Part shown: piece by piece, positions 37,885 through 47,933 of the stretch
How positions within the stretch are numbered: position 1 is the first letter of the stretch
Layout: each line of letters starts with the position of its first letter
Origin: Pseudomonadota bacterium
GTDB lineage: Bacteria > Pseudomonadota > Gammaproteobacteria > GCA-001735895
Assembly (NCBI GenBank): GCA_022566015.1
Contig: JADFJT010000003.1
Span: forward strand, 1-52,138
Length of the DNA stretch: 52,138 nt
Direction: 5' to 3'
Notes under the pieces: generated by a model
Told to the model about the DNA's origin: nothing
The model's database searches: none
The model's input: only the letters and a program-made list of their open reading frames with translations
Translations under genes and position numbers: made by a program

Positions 37885-39210
37885 ATGAAACCTGGCAGCA
37901 CTAACCCGCGTGCTCTTGCGCTGCAATCACTTTTACTAGTGATTCATGACGGCCGATCGCTAGATGATGCACTCGCTACCGTCCTGACCGATACCGCGGT
38001 TTGCGACGCGCGTGACCTGGCCCTTTACCAGGAGCTATCGAAAGGTGTGTGCCGCTGGTATTTTGCGCTTTTGGTATTGCTCAAGCCCTATTTGCAAAAA
38101 CCGTTGAAAGCCAAAGATGTCGATCTGGAAATAATTTTATTAATCGGTCTGTATCAAATTTTGATGATGCGTATCGAAGACCATGCGGCGGTAAACGAGA
38201 CCGTTAAGCTGGTTCTGTGGCGGAAAAAACCCTGGGCCAAAGGATTAGTGAATGGCGTGCTACGCCAGTTAATTCGGGACGGGGTAGAAATAAAACCCGA
38301 GCATGATGAAGCCTCTTATCCGCAATGGATGCGCGACACGATATCCACCGACTGGCCGCAAAATCACCAGGATATATTTCGCGCGGGAAACTGTCGGGCG
38401 CCGATGACACTGCGGGTAGATACGCGACAGCGGTCAATAGCAGAACAGATCGAATGTTTGGCCGACCGTGGCCTGGTAGCGAGTGCCCATGAATTGGTCG
38501 AATCGGCTATAGAGCTGGATACCCCCAGTCCGGTTAGCAGCGTCGAGGGCTTCGATACTGGCCAGGTCAGCGTACAAGATGCCGCCGCACAGATAGCGGC
38601 GGTATTACTCGATTGTGAGCCCGGTATGCGGGTGCTGGACGCCTGCGCGGCTCCGGGTGGAAAAACCATCCACTTGCTACAGGTTAACGATGATCTGGAT
38701 TTAATCGCGCTAGATCAGAATCCCGCACGCCTGAAAATGATCGAACAAAATCTTGCGCGGATTAACCGGCAGGCCAGGTTGATTTGCGGCGATGCAGCTA
38801 ACCCGCAGGTCTGGCACGAGGGTGGGCTATTTGACCGTATACTTGCCGATGTCCCCTGTTCAGCCAGCGGGGTGATCAGACGACACCCCGATATAAAACT
38901 CTTGCGGCGCGCCAGCGATATTGCGCGTTTGGTGCAGCAACAGAGAAATATTCTTGACGGATTGTGGTCTGTGCTCAAACCGGGAGGCTTGATGCTCTAC
39001 AGTACCTGCTCGATATTTAAGCAGGAAAACGAACGCCAGATAGAATGGTTTGTTGATAAATATGATAATTGTACGGAGCAGTCACTGAATTCAGTACGAT
39101 GGGGTGAAAGCAGGGCATTGGGTCGACAGATTTTTCCAGGGCAGCATAATATGGACGGATTTTACTATGCCTGTTTGCACAAGGTTGCGATCGGCAATAA
39201 ACAGGACTAA
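37885..39210 (+). CDS. rsmB: 16S rRNA m5C967 methyltransferase
   Basis: NusB-like N-terminus, VQDAAAQ, DACAAPGGKT, DVPCS, YSTCS, DGFYYA. Confidence 0.95.
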   Translation: MKPGSTNPRALALQSLLLVIHDGRSLDDALATVLTDTAVCDARDLALYQELSKGVCRWYFALLVLLKPYLQKPLKAKDVDLEIILLIGLYQILMMRIEDHAAVNETVKLVLWRKKPWAKGLVNGVLRQLIRDGVEIKPEHDEASYPQWMRDTISTDWPQNHQDIFRAGNCRAPMTLRVDTRQRSIAEQIECLADRGLVASAHELVESAIELDTPSPVSSVEGFDTGQVSVQDAAAQIAAVLLDCEPGMRVLDACAAPGGKTIHLLQVNDDLDLIALDQNPARLKMIEQNLARINRQARLICGDAANPQVWHEGGLFDRILADVPCSASGVIRRHPDIKLLRRASDIARLVQQQRNILDGLWSVLKPGGLMLYSTCSIFKQENERQIEWFVDKYDNCTEQSLNSVRWGESRALGRQIFPGQHNMDGFYYACLHKVAIGNKQD

Positions 39211-39470
39211 TGTCTTTTAATAAGGTGCCGGTATCCTCAGATATTTGGCTGCTACTGGTAATTGCGAGTCTTCTGTTTGCTCTGATTATAACGCTCCCAG
39301 TAAGTGGCTAAGGAAAATCCGGGTTTATATAGTCCACAATGCCGGGTTTACGCTCGACGAACTATGTGGGTGCTTGCAGTGGAAGTGGAAATAGAGTTGC
39401 TGGAATATACTAACATTTCGATTCACCAGGGATTTGCAAAGTGACTGGAACGAGTGGAATTTTGAGAGGC
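39210..39470 (+). pseudogene. Degraded DUF4390 gene remnant
   Basis: Occupies the usual DUF4390 slot between rsmB and the NtrY-like kinase. ATG 39210 gives a signal-like MSFNKVPVSSDIWLLLVIASLLFALIITLPVSG*, followed by frameshifted fragments (VHNAGFTLDE; VLAVEVEIELLEYTNISIHQGF) and a C-terminal-like LQSDWNEW. Only about 260 bp long. Confidence 0.55.
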
Positions 39471-39477
39471 CAGAATT

Positions 39478-41682
39478 ATGAATAGCACTATTCGTAATAC
39501 TGCCTCAGTATTGGCGCTCGTTATCCTGCTAGTGGTGTCGCTGTATTCGATCAGCGATGCTACTTCAAATTCGGCTACGTTTGGGAAATATTACAATTGG
39601 CTGGTATTTTTCAATGCGGCTGGCCTGGCCGCGTTACTGGGTCTGATCGTCTACAACCTTTACAAATTGATCGTCCAGTACCGAATGAAAGCGATCGGAT
39701 CTCGCCTGACAACTCGCCTGATCAGCGTGTTCGTATTATTGACAATTATTCCTGTGAGTATTGTTTACTATTTTTCGCTGAGCTTCTTGCACCGCAGCAT
39801 CGATAGCTGGTTCGATGTCGGTATAGAGACCGCGCTCGAAGATTCCCTGCAGCTGGGGCGTAGTGCGGTGGATTTGCGTAAGCGAGAGGCGCTTAACAAG
39901 GCACTTAAGATTGCGTCTGAAATTACCGATATAGCCGATGAATTAATGGTCGTTTATCTCGACGAAGCACGAGAACAGCATAATGCCAACGAGTTGACTC
40001 TGGTCGATCACGACCAGTCTATTCTGGCTTCGAGTAGCATCGACTCAACGGTTTTGCCGACTGCTTTATCGCTTACCGATGTAGGTGAGCTGGGTACTGA
40101 AAACCATTATCTGAATCTGGAGGAAAGCTCGGTATATGGGCTTTCGATACGCATTGTCGTACTGGTTCCTAGCTCAGATGTGACGGTACCGAGTAAGACT
40201 TTGCAGGCACTATTCCCTTTTGCCGATCGACTGAACGAATTGACTATAGGCGTGCAGAACGCTTTCGAGCAATACAAGGAACTAGCGGTATTACGCAATC
40301 CACTCAAAACCAGTTTTACCCTGGCGTTATCAGTTATTTGGTTAATGAGTGTGCTATCGGCGGTTTGGCTGGCATTTATAGCCGCACGAAAACTGGTTTC
40401 ACCCATTAGTGATCTGGTTGAAGGCACCATATCGGTCGCAGCGGGGGATTATGAAAAACAGCTTAGAGTAGAAGGTTCCGACGAACTCAGTATTTTGTTG
40501 CAATCGTTCAATACCATGACACGCAAAATTTCGAAATCGCGCGCGATTGCGGAACAAAGTCAGTTAATGGAAGCGATGCAAAAGAATTATCTGGAATCGG
40601 TGATGGCGCACATAAATTCCGGCGTATTAACCATTGACGAAACTGGATTTATCAAGAGTGGGAACCCGGCGGCCTGTTCAATTTTTGGTATAGAGAGTTA
40701 TTTCTTTACCGAACTTTACATCGATGACGTGGTGCGTGAATACCCGATGATGCAAGGATTTTTCGAAACGGTTCGAAGTCACATGCAGCAAGACTCCGAA
40801 TGGCAGGAAGAAGTAGTGATTTTCGGACACAGTGGAAGGAAAGTGCTCCGAGTGAGTGGTACCAGCCTGGAAACACAATCGGATAATCGAATGGAACAGG
40901 TGATAGTTGTTGACGATTTGACCGAATTGATCCAGGCGCAAAAAGATTCTGCCTGGAGCGAAATGGCCAGGCGCCTGGCACACGAAATTAAAAATCCGCT
41001 CACCCCAATTCAATTATCGGCTGAAAGATTGCAACGTATATTGAGCGGCGAAGTACCGCCGGATAAACAAATCATGCTTGACCGTTACACCCAGACTATC
41101 GTACAGCAGGTGGAGGCGATGAAATCGATGGTCAATGCCTTTAGCGACTATGCACGTTCTCCAGCACAAAAGTTGGAGTCCCTGAATTTGAATCAAATGC
41201 TCGAAGAGATCACGATACTGTATGATGAAGACAATACCGATGTGGCTATAGAACTTGATCTCGATATCTCGATGCCGGATATACAGGGCGACGCAGTGCG
41301 ATTACGTCAGCTGGTTCATAATCTAATAAAGAACAGCCTGGAATCGATCGATCAAATTGGGTGGATAAAAATGCAGACTCGTAGTGTGCGCGAAACTGGT
41401 CGACACTTCGCCGAGTTATCAGTTGAAGACAGTGGCGCTGGGATCGATGATAAAATATCCGAGACCCTGTTTGAGCCCTATGTCACAACAAAAACTTCGG
41501 GTAGTGGGCTTGGACTTGCCATTGTAAAGAAAATAGTCGATGAGCACGGTGGTGTGGTGTGGGTCGAGAAAAGTACCCAGGGCGGGGCAAAGTTCATAGT
41601 ACGCTTTCCGCTGACGTCGCAAATGAAGGACCAAACGAGTAGCAATGAAATCAGCGAAAAAGATGCCAGGGTAATTTCATGA
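39478..41682 (+). CDS. NtrY-like sensor histidine kinase (HAMP, PAS, HisKA, HATPase)
   Basis: SIDSWFD, AWSEMARRLAHEIKNPLTPIQLSAERL, FEPYVTTK..GSGLGL. Confidence 0.9.
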   Translation: MNSTIRNTASVLALVILLVVSLYSISDATSNSATFGKYYNWLVFFNAAGLAALLGLIVYNLYKLIVQYRMKAIGSRLTTRLISVFVLLTIIPVSIVYYFSLSFLHRSIDSWFDVGIETALEDSLQLGRSAVDLRKREALNKALKIASEITDIADELMVVYLDEAREQHNANELTLVDHDQSILASSSIDSTVLPTALSLTDVGELGTENHYLNLEESSVYGLSIRIVVLVPSSDVTVPSKTLQALFPFADRLNELTIGVQNAFEQYKELAVLRNPLKTSFTLALSVIWLMSVLSAVWLAFIAARKLVSPISDLVEGTISVAAGDYEKQLRVEGSDELSILLQSFNTMTRKISKSRAIAEQSQLMEAMQKNYLESVMAHINSGVLTIDETGFIKSGNPAACSIFGIESYFFTELYIDDVVREYPMMQGFFETVRSHMQQDSEWQEEVVIFGHSGRKVLRVSGTSLETQSDNRMEQVIVVDDLTELIQAQKDSAWSEMARRLAHEIKNPLTPIQLSAERLQRILSGEVPPDKQIMLDRYTQTIVQQVEAMKSMVNAFSDYARSPAQKLESLNLNQMLEEITILYDEDNTDVAIELDLDISMPDIQGDAVRLRQLVHNLIKNSLESIDQIGWIKMQTRSVRETGRHFAELSVEDSGAGIDDKISETLFEPYVTTKTSGSGLGLAIVKKIVDEHGGVVWVEKSTQGGAKFIVRFPLTSQMKDQTSSNEISEKDARVIS

Positions 41683-42950
41683 GTGCGAGAATTCTTGTTG
41701 TTGACGACGAACCAGATATCAGAATTCTGCTCAAGGATATCCTGGAAGATGAAGGTTACGAGGTCGATACCGCAGCACATGCAAAAGCGGCGAATGAAAA
41801 AAAGCGATCAAATTCTCCCGACCTGATATTGCTTGATATATGGATGCCCGAAATTGATGGCGTTACTTTGTTAAAACAGTGGAAGGCATCCAATACTGAT
41901 AATTGTCCGGTGGTGATGATGTCCGGGCACGGCACCGTGGAAACAGCAGTGGAGGCGACTAAAATTGGCGCTTACGATTTTGTCGAGAAACCGCTTTCTA
42001 TGGCTAAACTATTGAGTACTGTAAAAGCAGCTCTTTCCAGCGCTTCCAATTTAGCGCGGCAGGAATCTCATGCAAGGAAAGAAGAGCCAGTGGGTAATAG
42101 CTATGCCGTACGCCAGCTTAAGCTAAAATTTCAAAATTTGAGCAGTTCCAGTGATGCAGTGTTTCTTAGCGGTGCTACCGGCAGCGGGCGTAAAATTTGG
42201 GCTTCTTATCTCGGCGAAATTTCGCATCCAGATAAAGCGATGCAAATTTTTGACCCTGGCCAGAAGCTGGATGAATTTCTGTCGCTAAACGCTAATCTTT
42301 ATATAGAAGAAATTATAGAGCTGGACGAGGGTCAGCAAATAGATATTTACCGCGCGATTGAAGACAAAACCAGGCATTCAGGCACTCGTTTAATACTGTC
42401 TAGTCGGTTAGATCATTTGCGGCTTGGCGAGCAGGCTAAAATGCTACCAGCACTTGCCGCTTGTTGGAGTAAAGCCATTCGTATTCCGTCCCTGGACGAG
42501 CATATTGAAGATATTCCGGAATTACTCGAGTATTACGTGAACTGGTATGGCGACCACGAACAATTACCTTATCGGCATTTTGGTGTGGCTGCGCAGAATT
42601 TTCTTCGCAACTATAGCTGGGATGGAGATATAACCCAATTAAAGCATTTCATTCAATCTATTTTGGCCAATAGTACCGATGAATCCATAGAACTGGATGA
42701 AATTCGACAGTTACTGCTGCAAACTAAGCCGGTCAATGTGCAGAAACCCGAAAATGCCATACAGGTCACTATAGATCTAGGCCTGGATTTGCGTCAGGCG
42801 AGAGAAGTATTTGAACGAGAGTATCTGGCTAAACACCTCGGTTTGTGCGGTAATAATATTGCCGAACTAGCGCGGCGGGTGGGGCAGGAGCGGACCCACT
42901 TATATCGCAAGCTAAAGTCACTAGGCCTGTATAGCAAGAAAAAATCCTGA
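41679..42950 (+). CDS. NtrX-like response regulator (REC, degenerate AAA+, Fis HTH)
   Basis: ILVVDDE, LLDIWMP, MSGHG, EKP; C-terminal [12 protein letters not shown]. Confidence 0.85.
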   Translation: MSARILVVDDEPDIRILLKDILEDEGYEVDTAAHAKAANEKKRSNSPDLILLDIWMPEIDGVTLLKQWKASNTDNCPVVMMSGHGTVETAVEATKIGAYDFVEKPLSMAKLLSTVKAALSSASNLARQESHARKEEPVGNSYAVRQLKLKFQNLSSSSDAVFLSGATGSGRKIWASYLGEISHPDKAMQIFDPGQKLDEFLSLNANLYIEEIIELDEGQQIDIYRAIEDKTRHSGTRLILSSRLDHLRLGEQAKMLPALAACWSKAIRIPSLDEHIEDIPELLEYYVNWYGDHEQLPYRHFGVAAQNFLRNYSWDGDITQLKHFIQSILANSTDESIELDEIRQLLLQTKPVNVQKPENAIQVTIDLGLDLRQAREVFEREYLAKHLGLCGNNIAELARRVGQERTHLYRKLKSLGLYSKKKS

Positions 42951-42951
42951 T

Positions 42952-44328
42952 ATGAAGATTATTATACTGGGCGCTGGGCAGGTCGGCTCAACGGTTGCGA
43001 GCGAACTTGCCCGTGACGAATCTAACGAAATTACCGTTATCGATATCGACCAGCATATCCTGACCGACTTACAGGATCGCCTGGATTTGCGAACTATTTG
43101 TGGTAACGGGTCTTATCCAAACATGCTCGAAATGGCTGGCGCCGACGATGCCGATATGCTGATCGCATTAACCAATAGCGACGAAATCAACATGGTTGCC
43201 TGCCAGGTTGCCTCGTCACTATTTAATACACCCACCAAAATTGCCCGTATTCGCTCACCAGAATACCTGGGTAATCCCGGACTGTTTGCAGCTGAATCTA
43301 TTCCGGTAGATGTAATGATAAGCCCAGAATCGCTGGTGACCGATTATATTTATCATCTGATCGAGCACCCCAGTGCGCTGCAAGTGCTGGATTTCGCTGG
43401 AGGGAAGGTGCAACTGGTTGCGGTCAAGGCTTACGATGATGGCCCTCTTTGTGGGCATGCATTAAAAACCATGAAACAACATGTGCCTGGTGTAGATATG
43501 CGGGTTGCCGCGATATTCCGAGACGGAGAATCGATTCAGCCCTCTGCCGAATGTGTTATCAAGGCCGACGATGAAGTGTTTTTTATTGCTGCCCGAAAGC
43601 ACATATCGATCGTAATTTCGGAATTGAGAAAACTCGAAAAACCGATCAAAAGAGTGATGCTGGCCGGCGGCGGCAACATCGGCGGACAACTGGCTGGACG
43701 GCTTGAAAAAGATTACCAGGTGAAGGTAATTGAATCCTCTCCCGCCCGCGCCAGAGAGCTGTCAGGCATTCTCGATTCTGCCATCGTTTTACTTGGAGAC
43801 GCTGCCGATCCGGATCTGCTGGCTGAGGAAAATATCGAGTCTATGGATGTTTTTTGTGCGCTGACCAACGACGATGAAGCAAATATATTGTCTTCGATGC
43901 TGGCTAAACGTCTGGGAGCGAGGAAAGTAATGTCGTTGATCAATCGCCCAGCTTATGTTGATTTAGTTGAAAGCGGCCTGATCGATATCGCCATCTCACC
44001 TCACCAGGTCACGATCGGAACGCTACTAGCGCATATACGGCGGGGTGATGTAGTCGCGGTCCATGCATTACGACACGGTTCAGCCGAAGCGATAGAAGCT
44101 GTAGCGCACGGAGATAGTAGTTCGTCGAAAGTGGTTGGACGCACCATCGAACAGATCAAGCTACCCAAAGGCGCCACCATTGGTGCCATTGTTCGTGGCG
44201 ACGAGGTGGTCATAGCCCATCACGACACGGTGATCGAATCCGAAGACCATGTGATCCTGCTTTTGATCGATAAGAAAAAAATCGCCGACGTGGAACGATT
44301 ATTTCAGGTTGGAATTACCTATTTTTAG
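42952..44328 (+). CDS. trkA: Trk potassium uptake NAD-binding subunit
   Basis: [12 protein letters not shown], second [17 protein letters not shown]. Confidence 0.96.
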   Translation: MKIIILGAGQVGSTVASELARDESNEITVIDIDQHILTDLQDRLDLRTICGNGSYPNMLEMAGADDADMLIALTNSDEINMVACQVASSLFNTPTKIARIRSPEYLGNPGLFAAESIPVDVMISPESLVTDYIYHLIEHPSALQVLDFAGGKVQLVAVKAYDDGPLCGHALKTMKQHVPGVDMRVAAIFRDGESIQPSAECVIKADDEVFFIAARKHISIVISELRKLEKPIKRVMLAGGGNIGGQLAGRLEKDYQVKVIESSPARARELSGILDSAIVLLGDAADPDLLAEENIESMDVFCALTNDDEANILSSMLAKRLGARKVMSLINRPAYVDLVESGLIDIAISPHQVTIGTLLAHIRRGDVVAVHALRHGSAEAIEAVAHGDSSSSKVVGRTIEQIKLPKGATIGAIVRGDEVVIAHHDTVIESEDHVILLLIDKKKIADVERLFQVGITYF

Positions 44329-44334
44329 AGCGCC

Positions 44335-45786
44335 ATGCAGTTTTTAGTCGTACAGCGCGTACTAGGAATGCTGCTAATCATTTTTAGTAGCAGCCTGATA
44401 CCCCCGTATTTAGTCGGCCTTTTTTATCAGGATGGCGCCACGCAGCCTTTTATTCAGGCATTCATAATTACTGTGACCTGTGGGTTGCTGCTTTTTTTGC
44501 CGGTCAGGACCCATAAAAAAGAATTACGTCTACGCGACGGGTTTATGGTGGTGGTGCTATTTTGGACTGTTCTGGGTATTGCCGGTAGCTTGCCACTGTA
44601 TTTATCCGGTATTTACGATATTTCGATTACCGATGCAATTTTCGAATCGATGTCGGGGCTCACCACGACGGGTGCGACAGTGATCACGGGGATAGATGAG
44701 ATGCCGCATTCACTGCTGTTTTATCGACAGGAATTGCAGTGGCTCGGTGGCATGGGAATCATCGTTCTGGCCGTGGCGGTATTGCCAATGCTTGGCATCG
44801 GCGGAATGCAGTTATATCGGGCAGAAACGCCCGGACCGGTGAAGGATACTAAGCTGACGCCGCGTATCACCGAAACCGCTAAAGCACTCTGGTTTATCTA
44901 TATGAGCCTGACGGTCAGTTGCGCGCTGGCCTACTGGATGGCTGGTATGTCGAAATTCGATGCAGTGTCGCATGCTTTTTCCACGGTTGCGATTGGAGGC
45001 TTTTCTACCCACGATGCGAGTATTGGATACTTCGATAGCACTGCAATCGAATTGGTAGCTGTGGTGTTTATGCTGCTTTCAGGGATTAATTTTGCAGTCC
45101 ACTTTGTCGCGTTTCGCAATAAATCTCTGAAGCCTTATTGGCGCGACGCGGAATTTAGAACCTATGTCTCGGTACTGCTGGTGGTGAGTTTTATTACCAT
45201 AGGATATTTGCATTTTACCAAGACATTCGATTCGACCGCCGAGTCGATTATCGAGGGCTTGTTTCAGGTGGTTTCTATTGGCACCACGACTGGGTTTACC
45301 ACCGCAGAATATTACACCTGGCCTGGATTTTTGCCGGTGTTATTGTTGTACGTCAGTTTTATCGGTGGTTGCGCCGGTTCTACCGGTGGCGGTATTAAGG
45401 TGATTCGTGTTTTATTGCTGGTGAAACAGGGCGTGCGTGAACTAAAGCGTCTGATTCATCCCGCGGCCCAAATTGTAGTGAAAATAGGCAAGAAGCCCCT
45501 ACCGGAAAATGTAATCGAGGCCGTATGGGGTTTTTTCGCCGCCTACTTTGCAATATTGGCATTGATGGTACTGTTATTAATGGCCTCAGGACTGGACCAG
45601 GAGACGGCTTTTTCGGCGGTCGCGGCCTGTCTCAATAATCTGGGGCCAGGGCTTGGAGGCGTGGGTCAAAATTATGCCGAGATTAATGATTTTGCCAAGT
45701 GGGTATTAAGTCTCGCGATGCTACTCGGTAGACTGGAGATATTCACCCTGCTGGTATTATTCACGCCGGGTTTCTGGAGAAAATAA
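44335..45786 (+). CDS. trkH: Trk potassium uptake membrane subunit
   Basis: SGLTTTGAT, QWLGGMG, GGCAGSTGGGIK, GRLEIFT. Confidence 0.96.
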   Translation: MQFLVVQRVLGMLLIIFSSSLIPPYLVGLFYQDGATQPFIQAFIITVTCGLLLFLPVRTHKKELRLRDGFMVVVLFWTVLGIAGSLPLYLSGIYDISITDAIFESMSGLTTTGATVITGIDEMPHSLLFYRQELQWLGGMGIIVLAVAVLPMLGIGGMQLYRAETPGPVKDTKLTPRITETAKALWFIYMSLTVSCALAYWMAGMSKFDAVSHAFSTVAIGGFSTHDASIGYFDSTAIELVAVVFMLLSGINFAVHFVAFRNKSLKPYWRDAEFRTYVSVLLVVSFITIGYLHFTKTFDSTAESIIEGLFQVVSIGTTTGFTTAEYYTWPGFLPVLLLYVSFIGGCAGSTGGGIKVIRVLLLVKQGVRELKRLIHPAAQIVVKIGKKPLPENVIEAVWGFFAAYFAILALMVLLLMASGLDQETAFSAVAACLNNLGPGLGGVGQNYAEINDFAKWVLSLAMLLGRLEIFTLLVLFTPGFWRK

Positions 45787-45813
45787 ATCAATGAAATCAA
45801 TGGCAAATCAATG
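45785..45813 (+). repeat. AAATCAATG tandem triplication at the left end of the RAYT element
   Basis: AAATCAATG at 45785, 45794 and 45805. Confidence 0.7.
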
Positions 45814-46629
45814 GGGTCAGTATCGATTGATTTCTATTATCATTTGAGCTAGGGTAGTTCGTACGCTAATTTCTGTCATCCGAACAGTCTACCTATGGCT
45901 CGTCTTCCTCGTTTTGTCATCCCCGGCCAACCTCAGCACATTATTATCCGCGGCATTAATCGTGATCCCGTTTTCTATCGGGATGAGGACTATCGCTTTT
46001 ATCTTGAGAAGCTCCAGCAGGCCTGCGACAAACACCATTGCGAAGTGCATGCCTATGTGTTGATGACCAACCATGTCCATTTGTTGTTAACGCCTTATTC
46101 GGAGCAGGGTATGGGTAAGGCAATACAAATGCTGGGGCGTTATTACGTACAGTATTTTAACTATAGGAATCAAAGGACAGGCACACTCTGGGAAGGTCGA
46201 TATAAGGCGACATTAATCGATTCGGAACGGTATTTATTGACCTGCTATCGCTATTTCGAATTAAATCCAGTCAGGGCGAACATGGTTCCTCACCCTTCCG
46301 CCTATCCCTGGTCGAGTTATGGTTATAACGCGCTGGGACATACCGATATACTGGTGACACCCCATACCGAGTATCTCCAGCTTGGGTCGAACCCTGAGCA
46401 ACGTCAATTAGCCTACCGGGGACTCTTTAAAACTCATATAACCGAGAAAACATTATCCGAAATCAGGGATGCATCGAATAAGGCCTGGGTATTGGGGAGC
46501 ATTCAATTCAAACAGGAAATAGAGCAGATATTGAACCGACGTGTTAGTCCTTTAACCAAAGGTGGGGATAGAAAATCGAAGGCTTATCGGGATAACGCTA
46601 AAATCAATCGATACTGACCCCATTGATTT
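45805..46629 (+). mobile_element. RAYT (REP-associated tyrosine transposase) element bounded by perfect 29-bp inverted repeats
   Basis: 45805-45833 AAATCAATGGGGTCAGTATCGATTGATTT is the exact reverse complement of 46601-46629; each repeat is itself a hairpin (AAATCAAT...ATTGATTT); the pair encloses a Y1 HUH transposase. Confidence 0.8.
45895..46617 (+). CDS. REP-associated tyrosine transposase (Y1/HUH)
   Basis: MARLPR, H...RG.NR..VF, AYVLMTNHVHLL (HUH), G.LWEGRY, YFELNPVRA (catalytic Y), YPWSS; stop lies inside the right IR. Confidence 0.9.
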   Translation: MARLPRFVIPGQPQHIIIRGINRDPVFYRDEDYRFYLEKLQQACDKHHCEVHAYVLMTNHVHLLLTPYSEQGMGKAIQMLGRYYVQYFNYRNQRTGTLWEGRYKATLIDSERYLLTCYRYFELNPVRANMVPHPSAYPWSSYGYNALGHTDILVTPHTEYLQLGSNPEQRQLAYRGLFKTHITEKTLSEIRDASNKAWVLGSIQFKQEIEQILNRRVSPLTKGGDRKSKAYRDNAKINRY

Positions 46630-46685
46630 ACTCTGGGAAGGTCGATATAAGGCGACATTAATCGATTCGGAACGGTATTTATTGA
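46630..46685 (+). repeat. Exact 56-bp direct copy of transposase-internal segment 46185-46240
   Basis: ACTCTGGGAAGGTCGATATAAGGCGACATTAATCGATTCGGAACGGTATTTATTGA occurs at both positions. Confidence 0.9.
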
Positions 46686-46734
46686 ATTTTACCGAACACT
46701 TGCCCGGAGCCCTAGCTAGTAATATAGTAGTCCT

Positions 46735-46840
46735 TCCTCAACGGGGTGCTCTATTGAGCTGAGAGGTTGCTGTACACGAAGGGTACAGATGCCAACTCGA
46801 TGAACCTGATCCAGATAATACTGGCGTAGGGATGTGAGAG
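46735..46840 (+). ncRNA. TPP riboswitch
   Basis: GGGGTGC...GCTGAGA...GAACCTGATCCAGATAATACTGGCGTAGGGA conserved core, CTCA/TGAG P1; directly upstream of thiB. Confidence 0.93.
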
Positions 46841-46913
46841 AATCATCGGCATTCCCCCCCATCTCTCCTTTTTATATTCGTCCAAATTAATATTGGGCTC
46901 AATGGAGATAATC

Positions 46914-47921
46914 ATGAAATTAATTATGCGTGTTACTGCAGTAGCGTTTCTGTGCCTGTACGTTCCTTATGCTGCACAGGCAGCCAGTTCGCCGCTAGTG
47001 ATTTATACTTATGATTCGTTTGTCAGTGAGTGGGGTCCGGGCCCCCAGGTCAAAGAGGCGTTTGAAGCGCAATGCGACTGCGTGATCGAGTTCACAGGCC
47101 TGGAAGACGGAGTGTCAATTCTGAATCGACTGAAACTCGAAGGCAAAAATTCCAGGGCCGATATTATTCTCGGTATCGATACTAATTTGACTGCCGAGGC
47201 TCGGGCTACCGGGTTGTTTGAAGAACATGGAATGACACTGGATAACTCGGCCTTACCGGACGCCTGGGAAGACGATACTTTTCTACCGTACGATTACGGT
47301 TATTTTGCTTTTGTTTATAACCAGGAATTGTTGAAAAACCCCCCGAGCAGTTTAAGGCAACTGGTTGAAAATTCTCAGGGGCCGACGATCCTTGTGCAAG
47401 ACCCACGTACCTCAACACCGGGGCTGGGCTTACTGCTCTGGATAAAGAAGATATATGGCGATCAGGCCTCTGACGCCTGGGCAAAATTATCAGACCGGAT
47501 TGTGACTGTAAGCAAGGGCTGGAGTGAAGCCTACGGAATGTTTCTCAAGGGCGAAGCAGACATGGTGCTGAGTTATACCACTTCACCAGCCTATCATATC
47601 ATTGCTGAGCAGGATCAACGTTTTGCGGCAGCAAAATTTTCAGAAGGCCATTATCAGCAAATTGAAGTGGCCGGGCTGGTTAAAAGTAGCCAGCAAAAGG
47701 ATCTGGGTCGCCAATTTTTGCAGTTTATGCTCAGCGAGCGATTCCAGAGCATTATTCCGACCACCAACTGGATGTACCCTGCTGCTCTGGCGGCGTCGAA
47801 ATTACCACAGGAGTTCAACGCGCTGATCGACCCGTCTCCAGCACTGCTGTTCGATGACAAAATTGTTGCGCGCGAACGCAAGGCCTGGATCAATGAATGG
47901 CTTGAGGTCATGTCAAAATAA
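46914..47921 (+). CDS. thiB: Thiamine ABC transporter substrate-binding protein
   Basis: YTYDSFVSEWGPGP, QDPRTSTPGLG, GWSEAYGMFLKGE, SYTTSPAYH; ATG 46914 with GGAGA RBS. Confidence 0.95.
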   Translation: MKLIMRVTAVAFLCLYVPYAAQAASSPLVIYTYDSFVSEWGPGPQVKEAFEAQCDCVIEFTGLEDGVSILNRLKLEGKNSRADIILGIDTNLTAEARATGLFEEHGMTLDNSALPDAWEDDTFLPYDYGYFAFVYNQELLKNPPSSLRQLVENSQGPTILVQDPRTSTPGLGLLLWIKKIYGDQASDAWAKLSDRIVTVSKGWSEAYGMFLKGEADMVLSYTTSPAYHIIAEQDQRFAAAKFSEGHYQQIEVAGLVKSSQQKDLGRQFLQFMLSERFQSIIPTTNWMYPAALAASKLPQEFNALIDPSPALLFDDKIVARERKAWINEWLEVMSK

Positions 47922-47933
47922 AACGACTATACA

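Noticed and set aside
46562-46762. 66-aa ORF containing LWEGRYKATLIDSERYLL as a second transposase
   Set aside because: The similarity comes entirely from the 56-bp duplication; the ORF runs through the IR and into the riboswitch.
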